Of a stretch of DNA of 64,000 bases, positions 18,001-27,969 are shown piece after piece. The notes under the pieces were generated by a model that was not told the origin of the DNA, did no database searches, and was given only the letters and a program-made list of their open reading frames with translations. The stretch's first letter is position 1. Every line of letters begins with the position of its first letter. Position numbers and translations under genes: made by a program. Source of the stretch: an uncultured Pelagibacteraceae bacterium (GTDB lineage Bacteria > Pseudomonadota > Alphaproteobacteria > Pelagibacterales > Pelagibacteraceae); NCBI GenBank assembly GCA_902580895.1, contig CACHMJ010000003.1, forward strand, positions 15,362 through 79,361. The letters are read 5' to 3'.

Positions 18001-18877
18001 TAATTGGCCCGGTTGATATGATTTTTTTCTTATAAATCTCCCTTCTAAAAATTATAAGCGTTGAAACAATTACCAATAAAGCCCCTATTAATGTTTTAAA
18101 CGTGGGTATCTCTTCCCAAATGAAGTATCCAAATATAATAGCGAAAACTAAAGCCAAATATTTAAGAGGTGTTACTAAAGAAACCTCTGAAAATTTATAT
18201 GATTGACTTAACCACAAGTTTGCAACACCTCCAAAAATACCTATGAAAGATAAAAGTATGAAATGATTTAAAGTAGGCATAATCCACCCTTGAGGGATAG
18301 TTAAAAAACTTAATAATGTAATTGCTAAAGAAAAATAAAAAGAGATTAACCACACTGGTTCAGTTGTTGACAGTTGTCTAATAGTTATTGCTACATAGGA
18401 TAGACCTAAACAAAATATAATCGGAAAAATATAATAAATATTTAATTCAGTGATCCCAGGTTCTGTAATTATGAGAATTCCAACAAAACCTATAATCACT
18501 GCTAACCACCTAAAAATTCCAACTTTTTCATTTAATAAAAAAATAGATAATATTGTTGTAAATATTGGAGCAGCAAAAGAAATGCTTACAACAGTTGCTA
18601 ATGGCAGCTGCCGTAAAGCAATAAATATTGCAATTAGAGCTATTAATCCTGAACCACATCTTAAAGCATGTAATCCTGGTCGTTGAGTTTTGTAAAAATT
18701 ATGAAATCTTTCTTTTGGAATTATAAAAAAATAAAAGATTATTCCAAAAAAACCTCTAAAAAACAAAACTTGTCCAATAGGATAATCTACTGACCACTTT
18801 ACAATTAAATCCATTAAAGAAAATGCACAAATGGACAAAAACATGTACAAAAATCCCAATTGATTTTTACTTAGCAT
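17993..18877 (-). CDS. DMT/EamA family transporter
   Basis: About 10 TM segments with two EamA repeats (LLNEKV, FIWEEIP). Confidence 0.88.
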   Translation of the reverse strand: MLSKNQLGFLYMFLSICAFSLMDLIVKWSVDYPIGQVLFFRGFFGIIFYFFIIPKERFHNFYKTQRPGLHALRCGSGLIALIAIFIALRQLPLATVVSISFAAPIFTTILSIFLLNEKVGIFRWLAVIIGFVGILIITEPGITELNIYYIFPIIFCLGLSYVAITIRQLSTTEPVWLISFYFSLAITLLSFLTIPQGWIMPTLNHFILLSFIGIFGGVANLWLSQSYKFSEVSLVTPLKYLALVFAIIFGYFIWEEIPTFKTLIGALLVIVSTLIIFRREIYKKKIISTGPIND

Positions 18878-18912
18878 ATGAATAATTTGTAAATTAAATT
18901 AAATCTTAATCA

Positions 18913-19356
18913 ATGGAAATAGCTGTTTTAGCACTTGGATGTTTTTGGGGACCTGAAATTAAATTCAGTAAAATAGATGGCATAATCAAAACAGAAGTTG
19001 GCTACTGTGGAGGTAATAGCTCTATCACCACGTATAAAGAAGTTTGCACTGGCAATACAAATCATGCTGAGGTGGTTAAGCTAGATTTTGATGAAAAAAC
19101 TATCTCTTACGAAAAAATTCTAAAAATATTTTTTCAAATTCATGATCCAACTACTTTAAATTCTCAAGGACCTGATTTTGGAACTCAGTATAGAAGTGAA
19201 ATATTTTATCTGAATGACAATCAAAAAATTATTGCTGAAAGGGTATTAAATGAAGTGAACGAACGTTTATCTGGTAAAGTTGTAACAAAAATATCTTTAC
19301 TAAAAAATTACTGTCCAGCTGAGGAATATCATCAAAAATACTTAGAAAAACGATAA
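18913..19356 (+). CDS. msrA: Peptide methionine sulfoxide reductase A
   Basis: GCFWG, HAEVV, HDPT, QGPDFGTQYRS and AEEYHQKY. Confidence 0.93.
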   Translation: MEIAVLALGCFWGPEIKFSKIDGIIKTEVGYCGGNSSITTYKEVCTGNTNHAEVVKLDFDEKTISYEKILKIFFQIHDPTTLNSQGPDFGTQYRSEIFYLNDNQKIIAERVLNEVNERLSGKVVTKISLLKNYCPAEEYHQKYLEKR

Positions 19357-19357
19357 C

Positions 19358-20179
19358 ATGTCTTTAGTTGAAACTGATTGGTTAGAAAAAAACCTTACTA
19401 AGGTAAAAATTATTGACTGCTCTTGGCATATGCCTCAAACACAGAGAAGTGGATTTGAGGAATATAAATCTCTTCATATACCTAGCGCAATTTTTTTCGA
19501 TATAGATGAAAATTCAAGAAAAGATACTACTTTACCACACATGTTAATTGACCAAATGAGTTGGGATAAAATTGTTTCAAATATGGGAATTAAAAAAAAT
19601 GATGAAATAGTCATTTATGATAATTCAGATGTTATAAGCTCATGTCGTGGTTGGTTTAATTTTATCTATTACGGACATGATCCAAAATTAATAAATGTTT
19701 TAAATGGTGGATTAAGGAAATGGCTTAAAGAAAAAAAGAAAGTAACTGATGAAATTTCAAATATAGATAAATCTGATTATAAAAGTAGCGAGAGAAAAGA
19801 TCTTGTTAAGAGTAAACAAGCAATTGATCAAAATATAGACGAAAAAATATTCACATTAATTGATGCTCGAAGTAGAGAAAGATTTGAAGGTAAAATCCCT
19901 GAACCCAGAAAAGGTCTTAGAAGCGGGTGTATAAAAAACTCTTTTTGTATACCGTTTAGTGACTGTCTAAATGACGATAAAACTTTTAAAAATAAAGATG
20001 AACTTAAAAAAATTTTTAAGACAAGTTTAAAAAGTTTAGAACAAAAAAATATTGTTTTTTCATGTGGTTCTGGTGTTACAGCGTGTGTTTTGGCACTAGC
20101 TTATTCTTTAATTAATGATAAATATCTTCCTTGTATATATGATGGCTCTTGGGCCGAATATGGATTAATTAAAATTTAA
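19358..20179 (+). CDS. sseA: 3-mercaptopyruvate sulfurtransferase (double rhodanese)
   Basis: HIPSA, DARS..RF, CGSGVTA and YDGSWAE. Confidence 0.9.
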   Translation: MSLVETDWLEKNLTKVKIIDCSWHMPQTQRSGFEEYKSLHIPSAIFFDIDENSRKDTTLPHMLIDQMSWDKIVSNMGIKKNDEIVIYDNSDVISSCRGWFNFIYYGHDPKLINVLNGGLRKWLKEKKKVTDEISNIDKSDYKSSERKDLVKSKQAIDQNIDEKIFTLIDARSRERFEGKIPEPRKGLRSGCIKNSFCIPFSDCLNDDKTFKNKDELKKIFKTSLKSLEQKNIVFSCGSGVTACVLALAYSLINDKYLPCIYDGSWAEYGLIKI

Positions 20180-20180
20180 T

Positions 20181-21050
20181 ATGAAAAGATCTACGAAAAC
20201 AATTTCAATAATATTTGTGTTTTTTTTAATAATTACAATTGTAATTGTTGGAAGATCAATGATTGGCAATCATTTTAAAAAAAAATTCAGTAAGAGACCA
20301 CCGCCAGGAATAATTGTAACTGAGGTTATTGAAAAAGAATTCTCTGAACAAATAGAAACTTACGGCACAGCAATTTCTAAAAAATCAAAAACTTTTAAGA
20401 TTAAAAAAGATGATCTTTTTGAGGATTTAAAACTTAAGAATTTTGTTAAAAAAGGAGATATTTTAATAAAATTAAAAAGTGGGGATATATTGGCTCCATT
20501 TAGTGGGGTTCTTGGCTACACAGGTTTAACTGAGGACATTCTTATTTCAAATAACATATTTATCATTACACTTGATGATAACTCTATAATTTACTCAGAT
20601 ATTAAAATTCCAGAAAGTTACTCTACATTTATAAAAAAAGGTCTTCCAGTTGAAGTTACCTTATCTAGTTTTAAAGAAAAAACTTTTTCAGGTGAAATAG
20701 ATTTTGTTTCAAGCAGAATAAATGCGGACACCAGAAGTTTGTTATCGAGAATAAAAGTGAAAAACGAAAATTTAGAATTAATTTCAGGTTCACTTTTAGA
20801 GGTGAGAGTAAAATTTGATTTGAGAAATTCTTTAAGTGTACCTGATACAAGTGTGATGATAGAGGGCGATAAATCATATGTTTACAAAATTAATTCAGAA
20901 AATATTGCAAATAAAACTGAGGTAAAAACTGGCCTTAGAGGTGATAGTAACATTGAAATAATTTCAGGCTTAACTGCGGGTGATATAATTGTAGCTGAGG
21001 GTCTAAAAAAGGTAAGGCCTCGTGGAAAAATAAAACCTATTAATAAATAA
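20181..21050 (+). CDS. RND periplasmic adaptor (MFP), lacking the alpha-hairpin
   Basis: N-terminal TM; lipoyl halves VKKGD and APFSG; TRS, SVPD and SGL..GD..V.EG; stop overlaps the RND gene start. Confidence 0.85.
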   Translation: MKRSTKTISIIFVFFLIITIVIVGRSMIGNHFKKKFSKRPPPGIIVTEVIEKEFSEQIETYGTAISKKSKTFKIKKDDLFEDLKLKNFVKKGDILIKLKSGDILAPFSGVLGYTGLTEDILISNNIFIITLDDNSIIYSDIKIPESYSTFIKKGLPVEVTLSSFKEKTFSGEIDFVSSRINADTRSLLSRIKVKNENLELISGSLLEVRVKFDLRNSLSVPDTSVMIEGDKSYVYKINSENIANKTEVKTGLRGDSNIEIISGLTAGDIIVAEGLKKVRPRGKIKPINK

Positions 21051-24000
21051 TGTTTATCACTGAATTAAGTATTAAAAGACCGACGGTATCTTGGGTTATG
21101 TCACTGATACTGATCATATTTGGTTTATTTGTTTTTTGGAAATTGCCCGTTAGAGAATTACCCAATGGAATTCAACCACCTGTTGTTCAAGTTCAAGTAG
21201 ACTACAAATCTGCATCAGCTTCAATAGTAGATCAAGAAGTCACACAAGTTGTTGAAGATGTTATTGGTGGGGCAGAGGGTATAAAAAATATAGACTCCAA
21301 ATCTGAAAATGGGAGAAGTACAATTAATGTTGAGTTTGATACGAGTATTGATCTAGATAATGCTGCCAATGATATTAGAGAAAGAGTTGCAAGAGTAGTG
21401 GATAACTTGCCAACAGAGTCAGATCCACCGCAAATACTTAAACGAGCTGCAGGGTTTACAACAACAATGTGGCTGTCATTATCCTCATCTTCATGGAGCG
21501 ACCTTGAGTTAGGAGATTACGCAGAGAGATATCTTGTAGACCAATTTTCAAGTGTTAAAAATGTTGGAAGAATAAGGGTTGGTGGATTACGAGAATTAAG
21601 CATTAGAGTTTGGATTGATCCTATTAAACTTGCAGCTAATGATTTAACTATTAAAGAAGTTGAAATTGCAATTCGTGGAGAAAATGTAAGTTTGCCTGCA
21701 GGAACGTTGGAAGCAGATAATATCGACTTAACACTCAATCTAGATAAATCATACAATGATATTAATACTATAAAACAAATACCCATCAAAAAAACCAGTA
21801 ATCGTGTAATTGTGTTATCAGATGTAGCAAACGTTGAATTCGGTCCAGTATCAGAGAAAACTCTTTTTAAAGCTCAAACTAAAGATCAAATAAATTTGAA
21901 AACCGTAGGAATAGGTATCTATGCAAGAAGTGGTGCTTCAACAGTAGAACTTTCAAACGACATCAAAAAAAAAATTGTTGAAGTAAAAAAATCTTTACCA
22001 GAAGAATTGGATTTAAGAGTTTCGTTCAATAGAGCTAACTATGTTGAGGCTGCAATTGAAGAAGTATATAAAACTTTGGTCATTGCGTTTATCTTAGTTG
22101 TATTGATAATTTATTTATTCTTAGGGAATTTAAAGGCAGTCATCGTACCTGCTATTGCACTACCCGTGAGTTTAATAGCATCCTTTTTAGGTTTATACAT
22201 ATTTGGTCTTTCTATTAATATTTTTGTCCTTTTAAGTTTTATTTTAGCGATTGGTATAATCACAGACGACTCAGTAATTATGACAGATGCAATATACAGA
22301 CGAATAGAGAATGGCGAGACCCCACTCGTTGCAGCTTATAAAGGCTCTAAACAAATTTCTTTTGCTATCGTTGCTACAACACTAATTTTAGTAGCAGTCT
22401 TCTTACCGTTAATATTTATTGAGGGAATTTCTGGAACATTATTTAGAGAAACAGCGATTGCATTATCCTTTTCAATTGTAGTCTCCTCTTTTGTTGCATT
22501 AACTTTGTCGCCAATGCTTGCAAGTAAATTTTTATACAAAAAAAAATCAAAAAAAATTTTTATTCAAAAATTTGAAAAAATTTTTTCCAACTTCGCAAAA
22601 TTTTATGAAGAAACTTTAGTTAATGTTATTAATAAAACTAAAAGTGTAAGTTTCTTTATTTTTTTTATAATAATTGCTTCAGTGCTTTTATTTAGTTTCT
22701 CAAAAAAAGAACTTTTGCCTATGGAGGATCGGGGAGCTTATCTAATAATTGGCTCAACCGATGAAGGAAGTTCTTTTGAATATACTCAAGAACAAGCCCA
22801 AAAAGTAGAGGCAAGACTTATACCTTTGCTACAAGCTGAGGATAGTCCATATTCAAGATTTATAATGCGTGTTCCAGGATTTGGGAATTCAGCTAATTCA
22901 TATAATAGTTTTATAATAATCGCTCTCCTTGATGATTGGAAAAATCGTAAAAAAGGTCAACAAGTTGTTCTTAGAGAAGCGATTGGGAAAATAGTAAGTT
23001 TACCCCAAGCCCTAGCTTTTCCTATATCCCCTCAATCTATTAGAGTATCAAATTACAACAAACCAGTTCAAATGGTCATTTATGGAAATACTTATGAGGA
23101 ACTTGAGGCGATACAAAAAAAAATTATACGAACACTCAGGTCTAATAAAAATCTCTCAAGAATTGAGTCTGATTACAATCGAAACAAACCAGAGGTAAAA
23201 TTAATAATAAATAAAAATAAAGCCAAAGATCTAGGTGTCTCAACTAAATCAATTGGTGAAACACTAGAAACACTTTACGGGGGTAAAAAAATAACAACTT
23301 TTAATAAACTAGGCAAAGAATATCCAATAATTGTCCAACAATATTTATCTGATCGACGAAATAAAGAAGGTATTTCGAAAATATTTGTTCGCTCTGAAAC
23401 TAATGGAAAATTAATATCTTTAGCAAATCTTGTTAGTTTTAAGGAGGAAGGTTCAGCAAAAGAACTTGCTAGATATAATAGACAACGGGCTGTAACAATT
23501 TCTGCAAATATTAGTGAGGGGTATACATTAACAGAAGCGATTAAATACTTCGAAAATGTGATGGTTGATTTAGCACCAGAAAACCAAATTACCTGGAAAG
23601 GAAAATCAGAGGAAATTAAAGAAACAAGTAATGAATTATTTATAATTTTTGCTTTATCTTTACTAACTGCTTATTTGGTTATGGCTGCAACATTCAACTC
23701 ATTTATTCATCCATTTGTTATAATCTTAACTGTGCCTTTGGCTATTTTTGGAGGATTAGTATTTATTTTATTTTTAAATAGCTCAATAAATATTTTTTCT
23801 CAAATTGCATTAATTATACTAATAGGTATCTCAACTAAAAATAGTATTTTAATAGTAGATTACGCAAACCAAATTAGATCTAGTGGAAAAACTATTGAAT
23901 TAGCTGTTAAAGAAGCGTGTGCTGTTCGGTTTAGACCAATTATAATGACATCACTTAGTACGATGATTGCAATGATGCCTTTAGTGATTGGAAATTTTGG

Positions 24001-24178
24001 CCCTGGTGCAGGAGAGGGTTCAAGATTAGCAGTTGGTTCTACAATATTAGGAGGAATGATTATTTCAACTTTCTTTACTTTATATGTCACTCCTTCAATG
24101 TATCTCGCATTAGCAAAAAATACTAAAAGGATTGATATAGTTGACTTAGAACTAAAAAAAGAATTGTCTAAAAAATAA
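21050..24178 (+). CDS. RND efflux permease (AcrB/MdtB-like, HAE1)
   Basis: 1042 aa; TM4 GIITDDS, TM10 GISTKNSILIVD and RFRPIIMTS proton-relay motifs. Confidence 0.93.
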   Translation: MFITELSIKRPTVSWVMSLILIIFGLFVFWKLPVRELPNGIQPPVVQVQVDYKSASASIVDQEVTQVVEDVIGGAEGIKNIDSKSENGRSTINVEFDTSIDLDNAANDIRERVARVVDNLPTESDPPQILKRAAGFTTTMWLSLSSSSWSDLELGDYAERYLVDQFSSVKNVGRIRVGGLRELSIRVWIDPIKLAANDLTIKEVEIAIRGENVSLPAGTLEADNIDLTLNLDKSYNDINTIKQIPIKKTSNRVIVLSDVANVEFGPVSEKTLFKAQTKDQINLKTVGIGIYARSGASTVELSNDIKKKIVEVKKSLPEELDLRVSFNRANYVEAAIEEVYKTLVIAFILVVLIIYLFLGNLKAVIVPAIALPVSLIASFLGLYIFGLSINIFVLLSFILAIGIITDDSVIMTDAIYRRIENGETPLVAAYKGSKQISFAIVATTLILVAVFLPLIFIEGISGTLFRETAIALSFSIVVSSFVALTLSPMLASKFLYKKKSKKIFIQKFEKIFSNFAKFYEETLVNVINKTKSVSFFIFFIIIASVLLFSFSKKELLPMEDRGAYLIIGSTDEGSSFEYTQEQAQKVEARLIPLLQAEDSPYSRFIMRVPGFGNSANSYNSFIIIALLDDWKNRKKGQQVVLREAIGKIVSLPQALAFPISPQSIRVSNYNKPVQMVIYGNTYEELEAIQKKIIRTLRSNKNLSRIESDYNRNKPEVKLIINKNKAKDLGVSTKSIGETLETLYGGKKITTFNKLGKEYPIIVQQYLSDRRNKEGISKIFVRSETNGKLISLANLVSFKEEGSAKELARYNRQRAVTISANISEGYTLTEAIKYFENVMVDLAPENQITWKGKSEEIKETSNELFIIFALSLLTAYLVMAATFNSFIHPFVIILTVPLAIFGGLVFILFLNSSINIFSQIALIILIGISTKNSILIVDYANQIRSSGKTIELAVKEACAVRFRPIIMTSLSTMIAMMPLVIGNFGPGAGEGSRLAVGSTILGGMIISTFFTLYVTPSMYLALAKNTKRIDIVDLELKKELSKK

Positions 24179-24767
24179 TATATTTTTTTCTATTTAACTT
24201 ACTTTTACATTTCAATAATTGATTTTTGTATTTAATAGATTGTCTCTCAACTTTTTTAGCTAGTCCAATTACTTTTTTATTTTTTTTATAATTTTTATAA
24301 TTTCCCCATCCTTCATGATATGCAAGATACTGTTTGAAAGCATCTTTCTTTGATATCTTTAAAATATTTTCTGATTTATTTGTATACCATCCAATGAAGT
24401 CAACACTGTCTTTAAATCTTGCTCTTGTTGCTAATTTATTACCAGTTTCTTTTTTATATTGCTCCCAAGTTCCTTTAACTGCTTGCGAATAACCAAAAGA
24501 ACTAGAAGGTCGTTTATAAGGTATCACTTTAAAAATTTTTTGTCTTGCTGGTTTGGCAAGCCAATCAAAATCAGACTCCATTTTTATTATCGCTAGTTGA
24601 ATATAGATGGGTGTGCCCCATTTTTGTTCAACTTTTTTTGTATGTTTATACCATAGATATCTTTCACTAAAAATTGAACAACTGTTAGATGTGTTTGATG
24701 GAATTGATGAGCAGCCGATTGTAAAAAAATAAATAAAAATAAATAATTTATTTTTTAAATCTACCAT
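24168..24767 (-). CDS. Transglycosylase SLT-like lipoprotein
   Basis: Lipobox TIGC; AIIKMESDF (catalytic ES), SSFGYSQA and YLAYHEG. Confidence 0.8.
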   Translation of the reverse strand: MVDLKNKLFIFIYFFTIGCSSIPSNTSNSCSIFSERYLWYKHTKKVEQKWGTPIYIQLAIIKMESDFDWLAKPARQKIFKVIPYKRPSSSFGYSQAVKGTWEQYKKETGNKLATRARFKDSVDFIGWYTNKSENILKISKKDAFKQYLAYHEGWGNYKNYKKNKKVIGLAKKVERQSIKYKNQLLKCKSKLNRKKYIIF

Positions 24768-25143
24768 ATTTATTTATAAAATTATTAAGAAAAATTACAA
24801 GAATAACACCCAATAGATTACCAAATAAATCAGACCATTGAAAAGTTCTTTCAGGAATAAATAAATGAAAAATTTCAAGCGTGATAGAAAGAAAAATTAA
24901 ATATAATAGTAATAAGATATTTTTCTTGAAATTAGCAAAAGTTAAAAAACCAATAATTGAAACTAATACAAATACATAAAAATGATTTGATGATATAAGG
25001 AAATCTGGCGTTATTTGGGGTTGTATACTTTTATTGTCATAAATTATCCAACCTAATAGACTTCCAGGATATAGATATAAAATAATTAAAAGGACATTAA
25101 TTAAATAAAATATTACTTTATATGTAGAAAAAAATTTTGACAT
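24748..25143 (-). CDS. VanZ-like membrane protein
   Basis: LEIFHLFIPERTFQWSDLFGNLLG motif. Confidence 0.8.
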   Translation of the reverse strand: MSKFFSTYKVIFYLINVLLIILYLYPGSLLGWIIYDNKSIQPQITPDFLISSNHFYVFVLVSIIGFLTFANFKKNILLLLYLIFLSITLEIFHLFIPERTFQWSDLFGNLLGVILVIFLNNFINKYGRFKK

Positions 25144-25187
25144 TTAGTTAAATGATTTTTTTATAAATAATTTTTAGATATGACAAG

Positions 25188-25901
25188 ATGAGTTTTTTAA
25201 TATTAGTAAGACATGGTCAGAGTTTTTGGAATCTTGAAAAAAGATTCACTGGTTGGGTTGATGTAGATCTTACTGATCAAGGTAAAAGAGAAGCTGAGAA
25301 AGCTGGTTTACTTATCAAAAATCAAAATGTAAATATAGATTTTTATTATTCCTCGTTTCAAGTGAGGGCAAACCATACTCTTAAAATAATACAAAAAGTA
25401 CTAAAATCAAAAAAGGATTTTGTAAGAGCGTGGCAGCTAAACGAAAGGCACTATGGTGAGCTTACAGGGTTGAATAAAATTGAGACTGCAAAAAAAATTG
25501 GTGAAGATAAAGTTTTTGAATTTCGAAGATCTTGGGATATCAAACCTGGAAAACTAAGTAGAGAAAGCTCTTATCATCCAATAAATATTGAAACATATGA
25601 GAAAATACCCAAAGAGTTCATTCCTGACACAGAATCTTTAAAAGATACTTACAACAGAGTTTTGGAGTATTTCAAAAAAGAAATACAGCCAAAACTAATA
25701 AATAAAAATATATTAATTACAGCACACGGAAACTCCATAAGAGCTTTATGTAAATATCTGTTCAACTTAGATAACAATCAAATCACAAGTTTAGAAATTC
25801 CAACAGGAAATCCCTTAATAATCAATTTCGGTGAAAATTTGAAAATAGATGAATGTAAATATCTAGATAAAGAGAGATCTAAGAACCTTTTAGTTTTTTA
25901 A
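25188..25901 (+). CDS. gpmA: 2,3-BPG-dependent phosphoglycerate mutase
   Basis: RHGQS..N...FTGW, LNERHYG, AHGNS and IPTG. Confidence 0.95.
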   Translation: MSFLILVRHGQSFWNLEKRFTGWVDVDLTDQGKREAEKAGLLIKNQNVNIDFYYSSFQVRANHTLKIIQKVLKSKKDFVRAWQLNERHYGELTGLNKIETAKKIGEDKVFEFRRSWDIKPGKLSRESSYHPINIETYEKIPKEFIPDTESLKDTYNRVLEYFKKEIQPKLINKNILITAHGNSIRALCKYLFNLDNNQITSLEIPTGNPLIINFGENLKIDECKYLDKERSKNLLVF

Positions 25902-26568
25902 AAATTTCTAAGTTCGTTAAATGGTGAAATTTATTGATGCTCTCAAATCCATTTAACTGTTGTTTCATTAATAATTTATTCCAAATTTTAGCTACTGAGA
26001 AGTTTTCTACTTCATATTCATTAAATAAGTTTTTATTCAAAATTTGACAACCAGTATATATAAAGTTTTTTTCAAAACTTTTTTTAATTATATTGTCTTC
26101 TAAATCAAAATCGCCATCTAGATTATTATCAAAACTTAGTTTTTTATTAACTAATAAAAGAATATTATTTAATTTATTTTGAAAATAATATTTTTGCATA
26201 TCATTAATTTCACTCACATAATTTTCATTCCAAATAGTATCAGGATTAAAAACAAAAAAATCCTCACAGTCTGAGTGGTTGATCAAATTTAAAATTCCTC
26301 CACCAGTATCTAAAATTTCTTTGCCGTCCTGAATAATATTTATTTTCACTGAAAAATTTTTATTTTTAAAAAAGTCAATAATCTGTTCACTTAAATAAAA
26401 GGTATTTAAAAAAATATTTTCGACTTTCAATTTTATTACTGTATTAATACAATCCTCTAAAATTGTTTGATTTTTTATTTGTAGTAATGGTTTAGGTTTT
26501 TTAAGTGTTAGAGGATTTAGTCTTTTGCCAAATCCAGCACAGAGAATAAAGGCATTATTAATTTTCAT
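25879..26568 (-). CDS. murU: MurNAc-1-phosphate uridylyltransferase-like nucleotidyltransferase
   Basis: LCAGFGKRL.PLT..PKPL, LDTGGG and NPD; located directly after amgK and tsaE. Confidence 0.72.
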   Translation of the reverse strand: MKINNAFILCAGFGKRLNPLTLKKPKPLLQIKNQTILEDCINTVIKLKVENIFLNTFYLSEQIIDFFKNKNFSVKINIIQDGKEILDTGGGILNLINHSDCEDFFVFNPDTIWNENYVSEINDMQKYYFQNKLNNILLLVNKKLSFDNNLDGDFDLEDNIIKKSFEKNFIYTGCQILNKNLFNEYEVENFSVAKIWNKLLMKQQLNGFESINKFHHLTNLEIFKKLKGS

Positions 26569-27503
26569 AAATCTTTTTTAAAATTATCATTTAGTAATTT
26601 TTTTAAATCTAAGAAAATTTCATTTTCATTGACTCTTAGAGAAATCAATTCCCACGCATAAGGTATTAATTTTAAATAATCCTTTTTTTTATCTCGGATT
26701 GCCAGACGTGTAAATATTCCAATAATTTTCAGGTTTCTTAGAACAGATAAAATTTCAAAATCATTTTTTATTTTTTTCTTATCAATTTTTTTTTGTTTAC
26801 CAACATAAAAATTAAAAATTTTTTTTTTTAGAACTTTTGAGGTTCTTAATCTTACATCATCTACTAAAGAAGCTAAATCATAAGCTCTATTTCCTATTAA
26901 AGCATCTTGACTATCAATTACACCAATTCTGTTATTAACAAGCATTAAATTTGATACATGAAAATCCCTATGAACAAATACATTTTTTTTCATCTTAAGA
27001 CATGAAGATAAAGTTTTAATTATTTTTTTAAACTTTTTATTAAAGTCTTGCCTCTTATTTTTTGACAAATTTTTTTTCACATACCACTCACAAAATAAAT
27101 TAGCTTCCTGAATTAATATTTCATTTTTATAATCAGGTATTCGATAATATTTATTTCTAAAATTTCTTATTTTTTTATCTTTTATTGACTGTATTTGATT
27201 AAGCAATTTTATTACATCTTTAAAATATAATAATTTTCTATTTTTACTTTTCTTTAAAATTTGAAAAATTGTCTTATTTCCAAAATCCTCAACTTCAATA
27301 TAATTATTCTTATAATTCTCTTGATATAATTTTGGAGCTAGAACTTTGTTTTTATTTAAAATCCTGCTAATTGAATCATAAACAAGAAGATTTTTAAATT
27401 TGTCCTTTTTTGCTTGAATAACAATAGAATTACCGTAATTGGACTTTTTTCTAAAAAACTTTCTATGTGATGCGTCTCCTTTTAATTTTTTAAGATTTTG
27501 CAT
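26565..27503 (-). CDS. amgK: Anomeric MurNAc/GlcNAc kinase (APH-like)
   Basis: GDAS.R, EDFG, HRDFH..N, D.QDA, YDLASL and KIIGIF.RL. Confidence 0.78.
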   Translation of the reverse strand: MQNLKKLKGDASHRKFFRKKSNYGNSIVIQAKKDKFKNLLVYDSISRILNKNKVLAPKLYQENYKNNYIEVEDFGNKTIFQILKKSKNRKLLYFKDVIKLLNQIQSIKDKKIRNFRNKYYRIPDYKNEILIQEANLFCEWYVKKNLSKNKRQDFNKKFKKIIKTLSSCLKMKKNVFVHRDFHVSNLMLVNNRIGVIDSQDALIGNRAYDLASLVDDVRLRTSKVLKKKIFNFYVGKQKKIDKKKIKNDFEILSVLRNLKIIGIFTRLAIRDKKKDYLKLIPYAWELISLRVNENEIFLDLKKLLNDNFKKDL

Positions 27504-27513
27504 TTATCTATAA

Positions 27514-27969
27514 TTACAAATTTAAACCCTTAATTTTTAATATTCGTTTCTTGTAATCATTTCCATATTCAAAATTTAGTTCTATCAAATTTTTTGGTTT
27601 TGGTTTTATTTTTTGTGGCCATTCAATTAATGTAATAGCATTAGTAATATCATCAAATAGTCCTAGATTGTGAATTTCATCTAAACTATTTATTCTAAAT
27701 AAATCATAATGATTAATTTTGATTTGTTTAATTTGATACTCATTTAATAAATTGAATGTAGGACTTGTTACTTCAGTTATTTTAAGTCCATTTTGTTTTT
27801 GAAAATTGTTGATTAGATATCTAATAAAAGTAGTTTTTCCGACACCCATCTCGCCCACAAAAAAAACTACATGTCCTAATTTCAATTTCTTTGAAATCTT
27901 CTCAGCTAATTCCTCTGTTTTTTTTTCTGAAGATAAATTGATAAAATCACTTTTAGTAGCGATAGGCAT
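27514..27969 (-). CDS. tsaE: tRNA t6A biosynthesis ATPase
   Basis: [20 protein letters not shown] and IEWP. Confidence 0.93.
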   Translation of the reverse strand: MPIATKSDFINLSSEKKTEELAEKISKKLKLGHVVFFVGEMGVGKTTFIRYLINNFQKQNGLKITEVTSPTFNLLNEYQIKQIKINHYDLFRINSLDEIHNLGLFDDITNAITLIEWPQKIKPKPKNLIELNFEYGNDYKKRILKIKGLNL

